A stretch of 64,000 nt of DNA from the human T2T-CHM13v2.0 reference genome, Homo sapiens: NCBI RefSeq assembly GCF_009914755.1, contig NC_060925.1. One strand, 5' to 3'. The notes under the pieces were generated by a model. That model made no database searches. It saw nothing but the letters and a program-made list of their open reading frames with translations, and had not been told where the DNA came from. Below are positions 32,214 to 46,800 of the stretch, one piece after another (the first letter of the stretch is position 1; each line of letters begins with the position of its first letter). Made by a program: the position numbers and the translations under genes.

Positions 32214-33146
32214 TCCAGCAGCACTACCCAGTATCAGGGTCCTCAAGGCCCCTTTCACATCTTTGTTTCTCAGAGTGTAGATAATGGGGTTTAAAAGTGG
32301 GGTGACTATGGTATAGAAAAGAGAAACAAACTTTCCCTGGTTTTTGGATCTCCTATTGGCCGGTTGAAGGTACAAGAATATGATGGTCCCATAGAAAATG
32401 ATGACCACAACCAGGTGAGACGAACAGGTCCCAAAGGCCTTTTGGCGGCCCGCAGCTGATTTTATCCTTAACACAGCTTGAGTGATAAAGCCATAGGAGA
32501 CTAAGATGAGTAACACCGGGACAATTAGAAAGACTACACTGGCCACAAAGAGTTCTGCCTCGTTGAAAGTCGTATCCACACAGGCCAGTTTGATGAGCAC
32601 TGGCACCTCACAGAAAATATGATCCAGTGTGCGATGACCACAGAGGGGCAGCTGCACAGTGAGGGAGCACTGAATTAGGGAGGTGATGAGGCCGCTGAGC
32701 CATGCTCCACCGGCCAGAGACGCACAGAACCTGGGGTGCATAATGGCTATGTAGCGCAGTGGCCGGCAGACAGCAGCATAGCGGTCATAAGCCATGACGG
32801 CCAAGAGAATACACTCAGACGAGCCCAACCCCATGGCCACGTAGAGCTGGGCCACACAGCCACCGTAGCTCATGGTTTTGTCTTTCTTATTCATGGTAAC
32901 CAGCAACTGTGGGGCAACACTGGTGGTAAAGCAGATGTCCACACACGAGAGGTTGCTGAGGAAGAAGTACATTGGAGTGTGGAGTCTGGAGTCCAGACAA
33001 CATACTAGTATGAGGGCAGTGTTCCCCAGAAGGCTCAAGACGTAGAAGTACAAAATGATGGCAAAAAGAAACCTCTCTAGCTGAGGCTGATCTGAAAATC
33101 CCAGGAGAAGAAATCCCTTTTCAGAGCTGTTGTTGGTTTCCTCCAT
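32196..33146 (-). CDS. OR2G6: Olfactory receptor OR2G6, intact single coding exon, 316 aa
   Basis: ATG at 33146 (ORF track extends 11 codons to a TTG). N-glycosylation site NNSS; OR motifs LHTPMYFFLSNLS, MAYDRYAAVCRPLRY, KAFGTCSSHL, PLLNPIIYTLRN. N-terminus MEETNNSSEKGF and C-terminus GSAAGQSHKD recognised as OR2G6. Confidence 0.95.
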   Translation of the reverse strand: MEETNNSSEKGFLLLGFSDQPQLERFLFAIILYFYVLSLLGNTALILVCCLDSRLHTPMYFFLSNLSCVDICFTTSVAPQLLVTMNKKDKTMSYGGCVAQLYVAMGLGSSECILLAVMAYDRYAAVCRPLRYIAIMHPRFCASLAGGAWLSGLITSLIQCSLTVQLPLCGHRTLDHIFCEVPVLIKLACVDTTFNEAELFVASVVFLIVPVLLILVSYGFITQAVLRIKSAAGRQKAFGTCSSHLVVVIIFYGTIIFLYLQPANRRSKNQGKFVSLFYTIVTPLLNPIIYTLRNKDVKGALRTLILGSAAGQSHKD

Positions 33147-33566
33147 TTTTCCTGCAGCTTCAGGACTCTTCAGCTTCAAATACTAAGTGATTAATATTTG
33201 GGGATAGAAAGTAATGAGGTCAAGAATGGTAATCCACAGTCGTTTACAGTATAATTATCTTCCTTATATATCACCTAAAACATGTTGTGAAGACCTATAG
33301 AACTTTCCTCAACATAAATCCATGGGCGGGAAATGCCACTTCCTTCTATTTTTATTGAATAAAGTTTTACTCAAACAACAAAAGTATTGTATTAACATTT
33401 GTTTTATTTGATATTTGTATTTATTCACTCTTTGCTTATTCTTGTACTTTGCCCATTTTTACACCGATATATTTATATGTTCAAATGATGTATTTATGCA
33501 GGTAAAGCAACTGACCCAATGTCCTTTTGATGCAAATATTTTGTTATATGTATACAAATATATATA

Positions 33567-34196
33567 TTTTTTGAGATGGAGTCGTTCTGTCGCCTGGACT
33601 AGAGTACAGTGCCGTGATCTCTGTTCCCTTCAACCTCTGCTTCCTGGGTTCAAGTAATTCTCTTGCCTCAGCCTCAAGAGTAGCTGAGACTACAGGCATG
33701 TGCCACCACTCCCAGCTAATTGTTGTATTTTTTTTTTTTTTTTTTTTAGATGGAATCTCACTCTGTCTCCCAGGGTGGAGTGCAGTGGCACAATCTCTGC
33801 TCACTGCAAACCACCTCCCACGTTCAAGCAATTCTCCTGCCTTAGCCTCCCAAGTAGCTGGGATTACAGGCACAGGCCCCATGCCCAGCTAATTTTTGTG
33901 TGTATATATATATTTTTTTATATATATATATTTTTTTTAGTAGAGATGGGGGTTTCACCATGTTGGCCAGGCTGGTCTGGAACTCCTGACCTCAGGTGAC
34001 CTAACTACCTCAGCCTCCCAAAGTGCTGGGATTATAGGCGTGAGCCACTGTGCCTGGCCTAATTTTTGTAATTTTAGTACAAATTGTGTTTCACCATGTT
34101 GGCTAGGTTGCTCTTGAACAACTGACCTCAAGTGATCCACCTGACTCAGCCTCCCAAAGTGCTGGGGTTACAGGCATGAGTCACTGTGCCCGACCT
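33567..34196 (-). mobile_element. Two nested Alus: full Alu (~33728-34058) inserted into the A-rich linker of an older Alu
   Basis: Order right arm / full Alu / left arm; flanking taattgttgtattt vs taatttttgtaattt; inner Alu linker has a (TA)n expansion ~33897-33938. Confidence 0.9.
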
Positions 34197-34358
34197 CTAT
34201 ACAAATCTTGACTAATATTCACAAGCTACTATCAAAGTGATATTGTCAAATGCCAAGTCAAAATAAAAGGGAGAATTTGTAAAATGAAATGTGTGTACAT
34301 GTTACTCTATATGTATAAGAGTTGTCTAAGTAGAATTACATCGAAAGCCAAAGCAAAC

Positions 34359-35824
34359 TTTTTTTTAAACTATAAGTTCTAGGGTACATGTGCAGAACGT
34401 GCACGTTACATAAGTATACACATGCCATGGTGGTTTCCTGCAGCCATCAAATTGTCATCTATGTTAGGTATTTCTCCTAATGCTATCCCTCCTTCCTAGC
34501 CCCCCAACCCACCAACAGGCCCTGGTGTGTGATGTTCCCCTCCCTGTGTCCATGTGTTCTTATTGTTCAACTCCCATTTATGAATGAGAACATGCGATGT
34601 TTGCTTTTCTGTTCTTGTGTTAGTTTGCTGAAAATGATGGTTTCCACCTTCATCCATGTCCCTGCAAAGGACATGAATGCATCCTTTTCTATGGCTGCAT
34701 AGTATTCCATGGTGTATATGTGCCACACTTTCTTTATCCAGTCTATCATTGATGGGCATTTAGGTTGATTCCAAGTCTTTGCTGTTGTGAATAGTGCCAC
34801 AATAAACATATGTGTCCATGTGACTTTATAGAATGATTTATAATCCTTTGGATATATATGCCACACTGCCCAAAGTAAGTTATAGATTCAATGCTATCCC
34901 CATCAAGCTAGCTTGACCTTCTTCACAGAATTAGAAAAAACTACTTTAAATTTCATATGGAACCAAAAAAAGGCCATATAGCCAAGACAATCCTAAGCAA
35001 AAAGGACAAAGCTGGAGGCATCACACTACCTGACTTCGAACTATACTACAAGGCTACAGTAACCAAAACAGCATGGTAGTGGTACCAAAACAGATATATA
35101 GACCAATGGAACAGAACAGAGGCCTCGGAAATAACACCGCACATCTACAACCATCTGATCTTTGACAAAACTGACAAAAACAAGCAATGGGAAAAAAAAT
35201 TCCCTGTTTAATAAATGGTGCTGGGAAAACTGGCTAGCCATATGCAGAAAACTGAAACTGGACTTCTTCCTTACATCTTATAAAAAATTAACTCAAGATA
35301 GATTAAAGACTTAAATGTTATACCTAAAACAATAAAAACCCTAGAAGAAAACCTAGGCAATACCATTCAGGACATAGACGTGGGTAAAGACTTCATGACT
35401 AAAACACCAAAAGCAATGGCAACAAAAGCCAAAGTTGACAAATGGGATCTAATTAAAGAGCTTCTGTGCAGCAAAGGAAACTATCATCATAGTGAACAGG
35501 CAAGCTGTAGAATGGGAGAAAAATTTTGCAATCTGTCTGTCTGACAAAGGTCTGATATCCAGAATCTACAAAGAACTTAAATTTACAAGAAAAAAACAAC
35601 CCCCTTAAAAATTGGGTGAAGGATATGAACAGACACTTCTCAAAAGAAGACATCCATGCAGCTAACAAACATGAAGAAAGGCACATCATCACTGGTCATC
35701 ATCAGAGAAATGCAAATGAAAACCACAATGAGATACCATCTCACACCAGTTAGAACGGCGATCATTAAAAAGTCAGGAAACAACAGATGCTGGAGAGGAT
35801 GTGGAGAAACAGGAACGCTTTTGC
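34359..35824 (-). mobile_element. Truncated L1PA (about PA7-8) with 5' inversion
   Basis: Minus-strand 3' end 34359-34858, then plus-strand ORF2 piece 34859-35824; only an imperfect TSD (gcaaactt/gcaaaatt). Confidence 0.87.
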
Positions 35825-38800
35825 AAAATTAGTGTTTAAAAGTAAGTGAAAAAGAAGACTAAGGAAAATCACACATAGCTGTGTGTGGAGCACAAAGTGC
35901 TTCCCTACCTTCTGATCACAAAAGAAGATGCCAAGTCAGGTGTTTAGTTGTGTGTAAGTTTAGTAGCAGGGGAGAAAGAGAAACTGAACAAATATTAAGC
36001 TAATAGGTAACTTACACTCTAATTATGACTTTTGGTAACTTTCCAATATATGTTTATGTGTGTGTGTTTGTGTACATGATGTAATTAGCAGGCAATTAGG
36101 AGATTGCCTTATTTCTGTAACTACATATAGATTTCTCTGAGGTCAGAAGTTGTGGAATTTAAGACTTTCTTTTCCTTAAGAGAATGAAACTATACAAAAA
36201 CCCTCTGATCAGGAATTGTGTAAAACCATCATTATTTGAGCTAGAATTATTTCAGGGAAAGACAAAAAATAAATTTGATTCTCAAAGCACTTTGTTCATT
36301 CCCTATGTTACTATTGTTGCTAATAAGGTTAAGAATAGACAACAGTTACAATGCACAGGCTAAATAATGGATGCACCAGCTAACTAATCATGTACTGAGA
36401 AAATAGTATGATTTTAACCAATTTCCTGTCAACTGTATGCAGTTACATGCATATGCATGTGTGTGTGTTTGCTGGTGTCTCTCCTTGCCTCTTCCACTAC
36501 CTCTTTATCTTAGCACACCGTTTTCTGCCTGGACCTCTGTGAGAGACTTCTAACCAATAACCCCTTGCAACCTTTGCCTTCCTCAAACCATTATTCACAG
36601 GCAAACAGAACAAAACTCATCAAATATAAAAAGTAAGCTTCTGATGCTGGTATATATCTTTAGCTATACTATTGATCTTAATCTTTCTACTTTTATTCTT
36701 AAAATGTATACTAAGCTTTCAAGACATTGAATAATAAAAGAATGTACAAGTGACTATTTCAATGAAATCAGGGAAAGAAAACCCGCCAACTACAGATTAC
36801 ATGTAAGGCAGAAAGAGACACATCAGAATTGGTGCAGAAAACCAAGATCTGAACCAGGAGACCCTGCAGGGAAGAAAAACGGGATTCAAAGTTACTGCTG
36901 GTGGCAGTGCTCAAAAATATCAGGAAACATCTTTTCCTAGATGAGGAATGTCGTCACATCAGCGTGAACTGCTGTGCACAATTATGACAGACAAGGAGGC
37001 AGGAAGCAATCAAAAGAGCAAATGGAAAGACAGACCACATGGGGAGGAGGTGCTGGAGCTCACAGGGCAGCATAATCTACACTGATCACCATGCCAGGCC
37101 CGCCCATGGTGAGGGGGTAGGATACAGAAGAGGACAGGGAGAAGACGGCAGGAATGAGTCTGACAAGGCCTGAGAAACCTGCCAAGACTCCCCAGTGCCT
37201 GTAAATTCATGGAATTCACCCAGTAATAACTGAAAAAGCAAATTAAATCTTAAAAATAAGATATGGAAATTCGGTTTCCTTCCAACAATATTCACAAAAA
37301 AATAAGTAACTAACTTCTTAGAATAAATATATCCACCCAAAAATTATTGACATGTAGCAGAATTCATGATACAGTATCATACTTAATTTACAAAAAAAAA
37401 TCCTTGATAAGCAATTTTAGCAATGAGAGACCATCATGAGACAGAGATACTAGAAAGCAGAAACTTGATAATTGACATAATTTGTCAGATAACACAAATA
37501 TGTGAAATGGAAATTAGCTTGACCCAGGAAAGAATTTGAAGAAAATGATGAAAAATAAGCCAAATGGTTGCTTCATAGTTTGTGTAGCAATAAAATAATA
37601 CTTAAAGTTGATAAGTAGTGAGGCACGAAGCATAAAGATATAGTAATAAACTAAAAAATATTGACTAAATTTGGATGTTAAAGGAAAAAAAGGAGAGAAA
37701 GCTATTGTATTCTTACGTATGCTAGGGAATCAATAGACATTGTATAAATGGAAAGATGACAGTTTAGTCTTCATAAAAATATTTCTATACTTTATAAAAG
37801 TATTGGCACAAAGGTAATAGAAAAAATATAAAAATTTTATTAAATGGAAAAAATAATAGACCACTTAACAAAAGACCTTTTTTTAAAAAAAAGAGGGAAT
37901 ATAACATAAAACAAAATGTGAGAAAATGCAATTAAACTTAATGGACATATCAATAAACATCAATGGGATTAACACACTTACTAAAGGAAAAAGAAGACTG
38001 TTCCCTCTGCCTTGAGTCTTTTTCCCCAGATACACTAGAACCCATTTTTTCACTTCTTTCAGGTCTCTTCTTTGCTATTTATCAGAAAATATTTCAATGA
38101 CCAATTAATAAAAAAAGGACTGATCTGTCCCTTATGCTGTCTTATTTTTCCTCATAAAATTAACAATCTTGAACATATTTTTTACAATTGTTTCTCTTTT
38201 CCACAATATAGTGTCATATTAATAAGATGAGACATTTTGCTCATTTTTATCACTGCTGTGTGCTGAAAGCCTAACACAGTGGTAGCCCCAAAGTAGATGC
38301 TCAAAAATAAATATGCTCTGAATGAGTATATTTAGTCATTTCCTGGAAGGAGAGGCTGGGTCAAACAGAGTGCTAAGGACTCAGAATCCTTACTGCTAGA
38401 ATGACAATGAAATGACAGCATCATGTTAGTGGCACATTTAAAATGAAACAATATCAATATTGAAAATATTTGTAAGGTTTATTTGAAAAAAGAAAATCAT
38501 AACACATTTACCTATAATTCAGAAATTTAAATTTCTAGATGATTTCTCAGAAGATTAAAGATTTCTAATTTCTTAAACTTTTAGATAACCATTTTAAGGA
38601 ACATATATTGTATATATCTCTGTTATTAAAAAGTAATTGAAAGTAATTACTTCATATTATATTAAGGCATTATAGCTATAAATATGGTGTAAACTGTAAT
38701 GGTTATTCTGCCTTTTCTTCTCTTGCTACCTCCTGCCATCCTAAGAGAAGTTGCCTTAAGCAGAACTGTCTCATCCCGATCCCCAAAATCACTCTCTATC

Positions 38801-40639
38801 CACTCACACATTATCTTTCCCAAGTTTGAGGAAAAAATAACAGAGTGAGAGACAAAGATTATGTATTATTATTGCGACTCTTGGTGTTTGCAAAATTCCA
38901 AAATACTGAGATATGGCTAAATAAAATTCTATGCAACTTCTTTTGAATGCATGAATGTGTATGTTTATGTAAGTTTTATTTTGTTTACATTTTGTTTTGG
39001 TAATTAGAGTTTTATTTCCCTTGGTGACAGAATTTTCTGTTGTCTTTCAGATGAGTATATTTTTGATTTTGATTTAAATATAATTTCCCAAAATAAACAT
39101 TTTTGACTTATACCTATTTTATGTTTTTTATGATGTCAAGTCCATGGCATTTGTTCAGGGCGAGACGTTAATGACTGAACTTCATGATTATCTTTCTACT
39201 TGCCAAACACTTCATTTATCTTTCCCATTATTCAAGAGCTGCTATATCCTTGAGTTTGATATTCTTTATCTGGAATTCAATGCAAAGCTCTGCTAAGTGG
39301 TCATGATGATCCAAGAGTGGATGTTAGAATTCTAGGATGCCACAGGTCTTTCTCTTTCCATAAATCTTAAAGTCTGTAGGTTTATGAAAGACAGTTTTGT
39401 CACAGCCAGTTAGATTCATGGGTTAGCATTGTGGTGTAAGGAGGTGAATATAATGAATGAACTCAGCAATTGAACAGGTTTTCTGATGCCAGAAGAAGTT
39501 TTCCCTGCGTGTTCTATAGGTCTTGTGCCGTGTATCAAGTATTTCTTCTCTTGATCTACTGTGCAATGGGTATAAGGTTTCAGTGACACAAGATGAAGTC
39601 CTAGAGATTGGCTGTGCAGCACCGTGCCTGGAGTTCACAATACTGAATCGTGCACTGAAAAAGTGTAAGAGGGTAAATTTCCTGTTAAGTGCTCTCACCA
39701 CACTAAATAAATAAAATTTATCATGAGCCAGACACTGAACTAAGCTCAGGATATATTATGATGAACAAATTTAGACATGACAAACGATCTCAATAAAACT
39801 TAAAATGTTTTGCTACAATAATCACCTGAAAAAAAAGTCAGTCTTCTCTACAGTATAATGTGGATGGACACAAATGAGTGGTTTTAAGATTATGTTTCCT
39901 TCCCTGGTTTTTTAAAAAACATATTTATAATAAGTAAAATTCATCAACAAGAGCAAAATCATATCAGTTTCTAGTATCAGTGTTTGCCAAAGACTGCTCT
40001 TTAAAATAAAGGGATCACCTCAGTCCAATCTACTTGACATGATCCTACCTTGTCAGACAAGCTAGTCAAGATTTGGAAAAGGCAACTACATTTCAATCCT
40101 TTGAAAATCTACATAATCCTAAGCACAGACTTATCAGGATTGGTAATGGGTCAAGTTTAGGGACACGTTACAATTACAATGTAATTTTTGGCTGTAGTTG
40201 ATCAGCAAGTTTACATCCATATATTCATCCAAGTTGCTCTTCCTCAAAAAAATTAATATGTTGACATTTCTACCTGCAAGATTTGTGATTCATGTTTTAA
40301 TTATTACAATTTTCATATAACATGTTTTAGAATACCTGATATTGTGGGTGATCTCAATTTCTTCCTGGGTGATCTTTCCTGGTTTAATATTTGTGTGATT
40401 CCAATGATAAATCTCAGATAATATAAATAGCAAAAAATTAAAATACTGAGAAAATAATATACAACTTATTAGGGGAGAAAGAGGAAGAGATGCTCCCTTA
40501 GTGACACACAGAAGGTGGGATGCCTGGTCTGCTTTTTCTATATTTTTGCATATTTGGGGTTCAGAAAACTGAAACCCATAAAGTCACCATATGCTACATA
40601 CACTGAACCTAAAGTAATAAGTAGTTCTGAAAGAGAATA

Positions 40640-40830
40640 GAGGGGAAGAGGGACTCCCTACAGGGATAAATGGTCCAGACTTAAGGTATGGCTTATTTAT
40701 GCTTTCAACACCCCAGGGACTACAATCCCAGCTGACCAATTAAACTTTGAGAGTTTCAGTGGAGATTTAAGGTCCTGGGATTACTTCTGGAAAAAAATTA
40801 AAAAGCTTACCGTGCAATTGGCCCAATACT
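40640..40830 (-). promoter_or_regulatory. Candidate OR promoter ~7.5 kb upstream of OR2G6 CDS
   Basis: Non-repeat island with O/E (EBF)-type site CCCCAGGGA 40711-40719, homeodomain TAATTG (minus) 40737-40742, TATA-like CATAAATAA (minus) 40693-40701, in correct order and orientation. Motif-only evidence. Confidence 0.45.
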
Positions 40831-43800
40831 CAAACCAAAATCTAATGGACAGAAAATATACAATTTACAAACTTGTGCTTTTTTTAAGTGTTAATTAAAA
40901 ATATGTTTATTAAACCCACAGATTTTTTTAGTTGGAAATTTTAAAATTAAATTTGATTAATGAAAAAATAAAATATAAGGAAAAATGACATTTGGAAGCA
41001 AAATGAAGAATTTCAGAAGAAAGAAAACATTCAACTAAATGATCTTTTGAACGTATTGAATTCAGTTTGCTAGTGTTGAGAATCTTTACATCCATGATCA
41101 TAAAATAAATTGGCCTGTAATTTTCTTATACCGTCCTTGTCTGACATTGGTGTTAGGGTAATGCATGAAAAAATGTGTTGGAAAGTGCACCCTTTTTAAT
41201 TGTTTGGAAAAGTTTGAGAATCGCATTAATCTGTCTTTAGATATTTGGTAGCAATCACCAGTAAAAGCATCAAGTCCTGAACTTTTAAGTTTATTATTAT
41301 TATTATTGGTGATTTAATCTCTGTACTAGTTATTAATTTGTTCAGGTTTATTCTTTCTTCAGGACATACATGTCTAAGAATTTATCCATTTCTTCTACGT
41401 TACTCAATTTATTGACATAATTGGTCATGATAATCTCTTATGACCCTTTGTATTTTGGTAGTATTGACTAATTTCTCCTGTTTTACTTATAGTTTTATTT
41501 GAGTCATCTCTCTTAGTTTTCTTGGTTTGTCTACCTAAAGGTTTGCCAATTTTCCTCACGTTTTTACAGAACCAACTCCTCGTGTTACTGATCTTTTCTT
41601 TTGTCTTTCTTATCTGTTTAATTCTGCTCTAACCTTTATAACTTTCTTCTTTCTTCTAACTTTTGGCTTTTTTCTTCTTTTCTAATTCCCAGAGTGCCAA
41701 GTTAGGTTGCTTATTTGGGATCATTTCTCTGTCTCGGTAGCTATCAGAACTACTTTTGCTGCACCCCGTAATTTGGTATGTTATTTGTCCATTTTTGTTT
41801 GTCTCAGGATATTTTTAAATTGTCTTTATTTTTCGGTCCATTTGTTGTTTATGAGTGTTGAGAGTGGGGTATTATAATCCCCTACTATTATCATATTGCT
41901 GTTTATTTCTTTTTTGTGTTCTGCTCATGTCTGCTCCATCCATTTTGGTGTTCCAATGTTTCCTGGGCCTATATTGAGGCACCCTAACTAATAACACTTT
42001 GCACATCAATTCATCTCATTTCTCACAAAAGCAAACAGAACAAAACTGTTCAAACATACATAAGGGAGTCCTAGTTGCTGATACAAACTTTTAGATAGTC
42101 TTCCAATCTTTTTATCCTACTTTAATTCTCCAATGATATAATAAACATCCAAGACAAAAAAAATGAAAAAAGCACAAATGATTCCTTCACTGAAATCAGG
42201 AGACAAAGGCAATCCATCAACTATAAATTACACGTAAGGAAGGGGAAGAAAGTCACGGACACTCATCAGAATTGGTACAGAAACTCCATATTGGAAGCAG
42301 GAAGTCCGGCAGAGAAGAGACCCAGTCAAGGTCACTGGTGGTGGTAATGATAAAAAATACCAGGAAATATTATTCCCCAAGAAGGAGAGGGTCCTCTCAC
42401 AAGTGTAAACTGCTATACCCAAGCCTGATGAACACGGAGCCAGGTAGCAATCTGAGGATTATTGAAGAGATAGATGCAGGGAGTATACCTGGGAAAGAAG
42501 TGGTGGAGATAACAGGACAATCTTGCCTAAACTAAGGGGGTCACCATCCCAGGCATAACCACGAATAGGAAGGTGGTAGAAATGAACATGGAGAAGACAG
42601 CAGGAATGCATACAATGAAGCTGTAGGGCTTGAGAAACAAGAATATTCCCCAATGCCTGCAGTCCCTATGCAATCCACCTGGTAACAACTGGAAAGGCAA
42701 ATCAAATTCTTAAAAATGAAATTAGAAAATGCAACGTCTTTCCAAAAATACTATAGAAAAAAAATAAATCTACCCCAAAATTATTGCCTTAAATCGGAGC
42801 TAAATACTGATATAAACTTCAAATACTCTACAACCCCAAATCCTTAATAAAGCAGTTTTATAAATGAGAAAACATTTTAAAACAGAAATATGATGATTCA
42901 GAGAACTGATGACCCATTAAAAAGAGACGACAATCGGCCAACAGAAAGATGTGAAATGGGAATCACCCTGAGTCAGGAGAGAATTTAAAGGGAGTGATGG
43001 GGACGAAGCTGAATGCCTGCTCCGTGGCTTGTGAGTGATTGTAAAATAATAAAGATGATGGAGAAAATATAAAAGCAAGTGTAAAGAAATAGTGATAAGC
43101 ACTAGTGTAAACATATTGGCTACAATTGAATGATAAAGGAAAGGAGAATAGACATATCTTCTGAAATATTTTCTGTTCTTCCTTATGCTAGGAAACTAGT
43201 AGATACTGTGTAAAGAGAGGGAAATTAAGGATATTTTAGTCTTATAAAATATGTTTTATGCATAGGTATTTGTACATAATATACAAATCTTGTTAAATAG
43301 AAAATATTAAATACCACACAATGAAATAATTTTGAAATAAAGGCAAAGAGTTGATTTTGTCTTCTTACTGCAAAGAATTATAAGTATGTGAGGTGATGCA
43401 TGTTAATTACCTCAATTTACCCATTCCACACAATATACATATTTTAAAATATCACATTGTACATGATAAATATATACAATTTTATTTGTTCATCACAAAA
43501 ATTTAAAAATGGAAATTAAAATAAAGGTAATAACAAAGTGTGAGGGAATATGCTTAAACTAATGGGGTATATCAATAAACACAATGCATTTAATACACTG
43601 AATAAAGAAAAATTACTATTCTCTCTGCCTGGTGGTCTCTTTTCCGATACATTGTGACCCATTTCTTCAACTGATTTAGGTCTCTTCTCTGCTCTCTTGA
43701 TTATCAGAGAAGACATCTCTGAGCAGTGAATATAAAACAGTAATTATCTCCTACACACCCTGTTTTACTCTTCTTTATAATGTTTATCATTCCTGATAGT

Positions 43801-46800
43801 TTTTTTGCGATTATTATCTCTTCTCTACCATAGAATGTAAGATCCAGGAGATAAAGCATTTTACCATTTTTATCACTAGTGTCTTTCCAATGCCTAAAAT
43901 ATAGCACCTATTCCAAAACAGACGCTCAAAAATAAATGTTTCTTGAGTCAATGCATTTATTCATTTTTGAGGAGGAGAGATTGGGTTAAACAAGAGGGTT
44001 AAAAACTCAGAATAGAATGACAACCAAACGAGAGCATAGTCAGTATTAATACAGAAAATATTTACAAGACCTACTTGAAAGAAGATATAGTTGTAACACA
44101 TTTTCCATGATTGTTGAGAAATTTATATTTCTGGGTACATTAACTTCTTAGGCAACTAGAGCTTACTTGTTTAATTCTTTAAGCTTAATAAATTTTAAAG
44201 TATGGAGTACAATATGCCAAGTGAAACAAGTCAGGCACAGAAAGAAAAATGCAGCATGAGCTCATTTATGTGTAAAATAAATGGAAATTGAGTAAGATAA
44301 ATAGGGAGTTGAAGGGCAGTTGCCAGAGTCAGGGAAGTAGACAAATTGGGATAATGTAGGTAAAAGAAGACAAAATTACAGTTATGTAACATAAAGATAT
44401 TTAGAGATCTAATGTACAACAGAAGGACTATAGTTCTATTTTATTATACATTACAAATTTGCTAAGAGAATAACTAGATTATATGTGTTTTTATCACAAA
44501 AAAGTAAACTGCAGACAGTGATGGATGTGTTAATTTGCTAGCATGTGGTAATTATTTCACTATAGATATCTACATCAAAACATGTTGTACATCTTGAGTT
44601 TATACAATAAAAAATAAAATACTCGATTTAATGACCAATCTGGACTTATTTATTTTAATGTTTATTTAAAATATTTCATGCTGTCTGTGGCCTGGTATTT
44701 GGGAGAAAGGGGGATAAAATACTTCAATCAATCATGTCAACACAATTTTTGATGAGAAATTGAAAACTGAATTGTTCAAATTGTTCCAGTTCTCAAGAGG
44801 AATGCTTCCAGATTTTACTTGTTTAGTATGATGGTGGCTGTGGGTGTGTCATAGATGGCTCTTATTTTTTTGAGTTAAGTTCATTTGATGCCCAGTATAT
44901 TGAGGGTTTTTAAGAAGAAAGGATGCTGAATGTTATGAAAAATCATTTTGCTTCTATTGAGATGATCATGTGGTTTTTGTATTTAATTATGTTTATGTGG
45001 TGAATCACATTTACTGATTTGCACTTGTTGAACCAACCTTGCATCCCAGAAATAAAGCCTACTTGATCGTGGTGAATTCACTTTTTGATGTGCTGCTGGA
45101 TTTGGTTTGCTGGTATTTCGTGGAGGATTGTGTGTCTATATTCCTCAGGAATGTTGGCCCGAACTTTACTTTTTTTGTCGTATTTGTGCCTAATTTTGGT
45201 ATCAGAATGATGCTGGCTTCACAGAATGACTTAGAGAGTATTCCCTTCTCAATTTTTAAAATAATTTCAGAAGATTTTGTACCAACTCTTATTTATATGT
45301 CTGGTAGGAGTTGGTTGTTAATCCATCTGGTCCAGGGCTTGTTTTGGTTGGTAGGTTTTTTTTAATCACTGACTTAATTTCAGAACCCATTATTGGTCTG
45401 TTCAGGATTTCAATTTCTTCCTGGCTTAATGTCAGGAGGTTAAATAATCTTGGGTGGAGAAATAGATAAATTCCTTGTTTCGAGGGATTTATATATTTCT
45501 TCTAGGTTTTCTAGTTTGTCTGCAGAGAGGTGATCATTTGTACTTCTATGTAGTTGGTTGTATTTCAACTTTGTCATTCCTGAATTTATTAAGCATATGA
45601 AAATAATTAAAGGAATAAAGAAAATAGATTTAGAAGAAAAGAAAGTGTTCAAGGAAATTAAAAAGCATATTGAATCATAATTTTATACTTTAAATTGTTT
45701 TATCTGTGAATATAACATTTTATCATATACTATACATGAAGATAAACAGATACTTCGTGCAGTTGGTAACCGAAAGATAGCCAGAGTGGCTATGTTAATG
45801 TGAGACAAAGTGAGTTTGTGACAAAAATTTTTATAAGTAAAAAAAAAATCGTATACTGTTTGGGATCATTTGTGTATCTTCCTTGGAGAATGTAATATAG
45901 ATCTTTAGATATAAAAATTGTAAACATGAATGAATGTAACAGAGACCCAAAATATATGAAGCCAAGGTGGACAGAATTAAAGGAAGAAATAAACAGTTCT
46001 ATACTTATAGTTCAATACTTAAATGTCCATTTTCAATAATGCATAGTGCACTCAGACAGAATGTTAACATAGTAGTAAGTGACTAGAACAGCACTATAAA
46101 CCAAATGACCTAATATATATGTGGAGAATACTGAAATAGCAGAGTATAGATGCTTCTCAAGTACTAATAACACATTCTCCAGGATAAATTGCCACAAAAC
46201 AAATGAGACTAAATTTTAAAAGATTTAATTCAAAGTATCTTTTCCAATCAATGAAATAAAACTGGAAATCTGAAATAGAGGGAGAACTACAAAAGTTACA
46301 CATATGTGGGGATTAAACACCACACTGTGAAGCACCGGTGGGTCAAAAAAGAAATTGGAAATGAAGTTAGAAAATATATTCAGATGACTTAAAACATAAC
46401 AAAACATGTAGGATGCAGCTAAAGCAATTCTTAGAAGGAAAATTTTAGCTAGATTGCCTATACTCAAAAAAAGAAGAAACATCTAAAAACAATAATATAT
46501 TTTTATACCTTAAGGAACTAGAAAAAGAAGAGCAGACTCAATACAAAGCAAACAGAAGGAAAAAAAGTATTGGAATAGAGATTAATAAAATGCAGAATAG
46601 AAAAAACAATTTGACTATTTTGAGCTTTCAAAAGATCAACAAAATATAGAAAACTTTAGGTAAACTTACCAAAGAGAGAAAGAGAGAAGTCTTACATCAT
46701 GAATACATAAATATGAATATAACATGGGTACATAACAACTAGCCTTTCAGAAACACAAGCAATTATAAGAGAATATTACAAATAATTGAATACTAACTAG

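Noticed and set aside
33147-33179. 11-aa N-terminal extension of OR2G6 in the ORF track
   Set aside because: Starts at TTG; the real ATG is 33146, with a possible splice acceptor (ctgcAG) 5 nt upstream.
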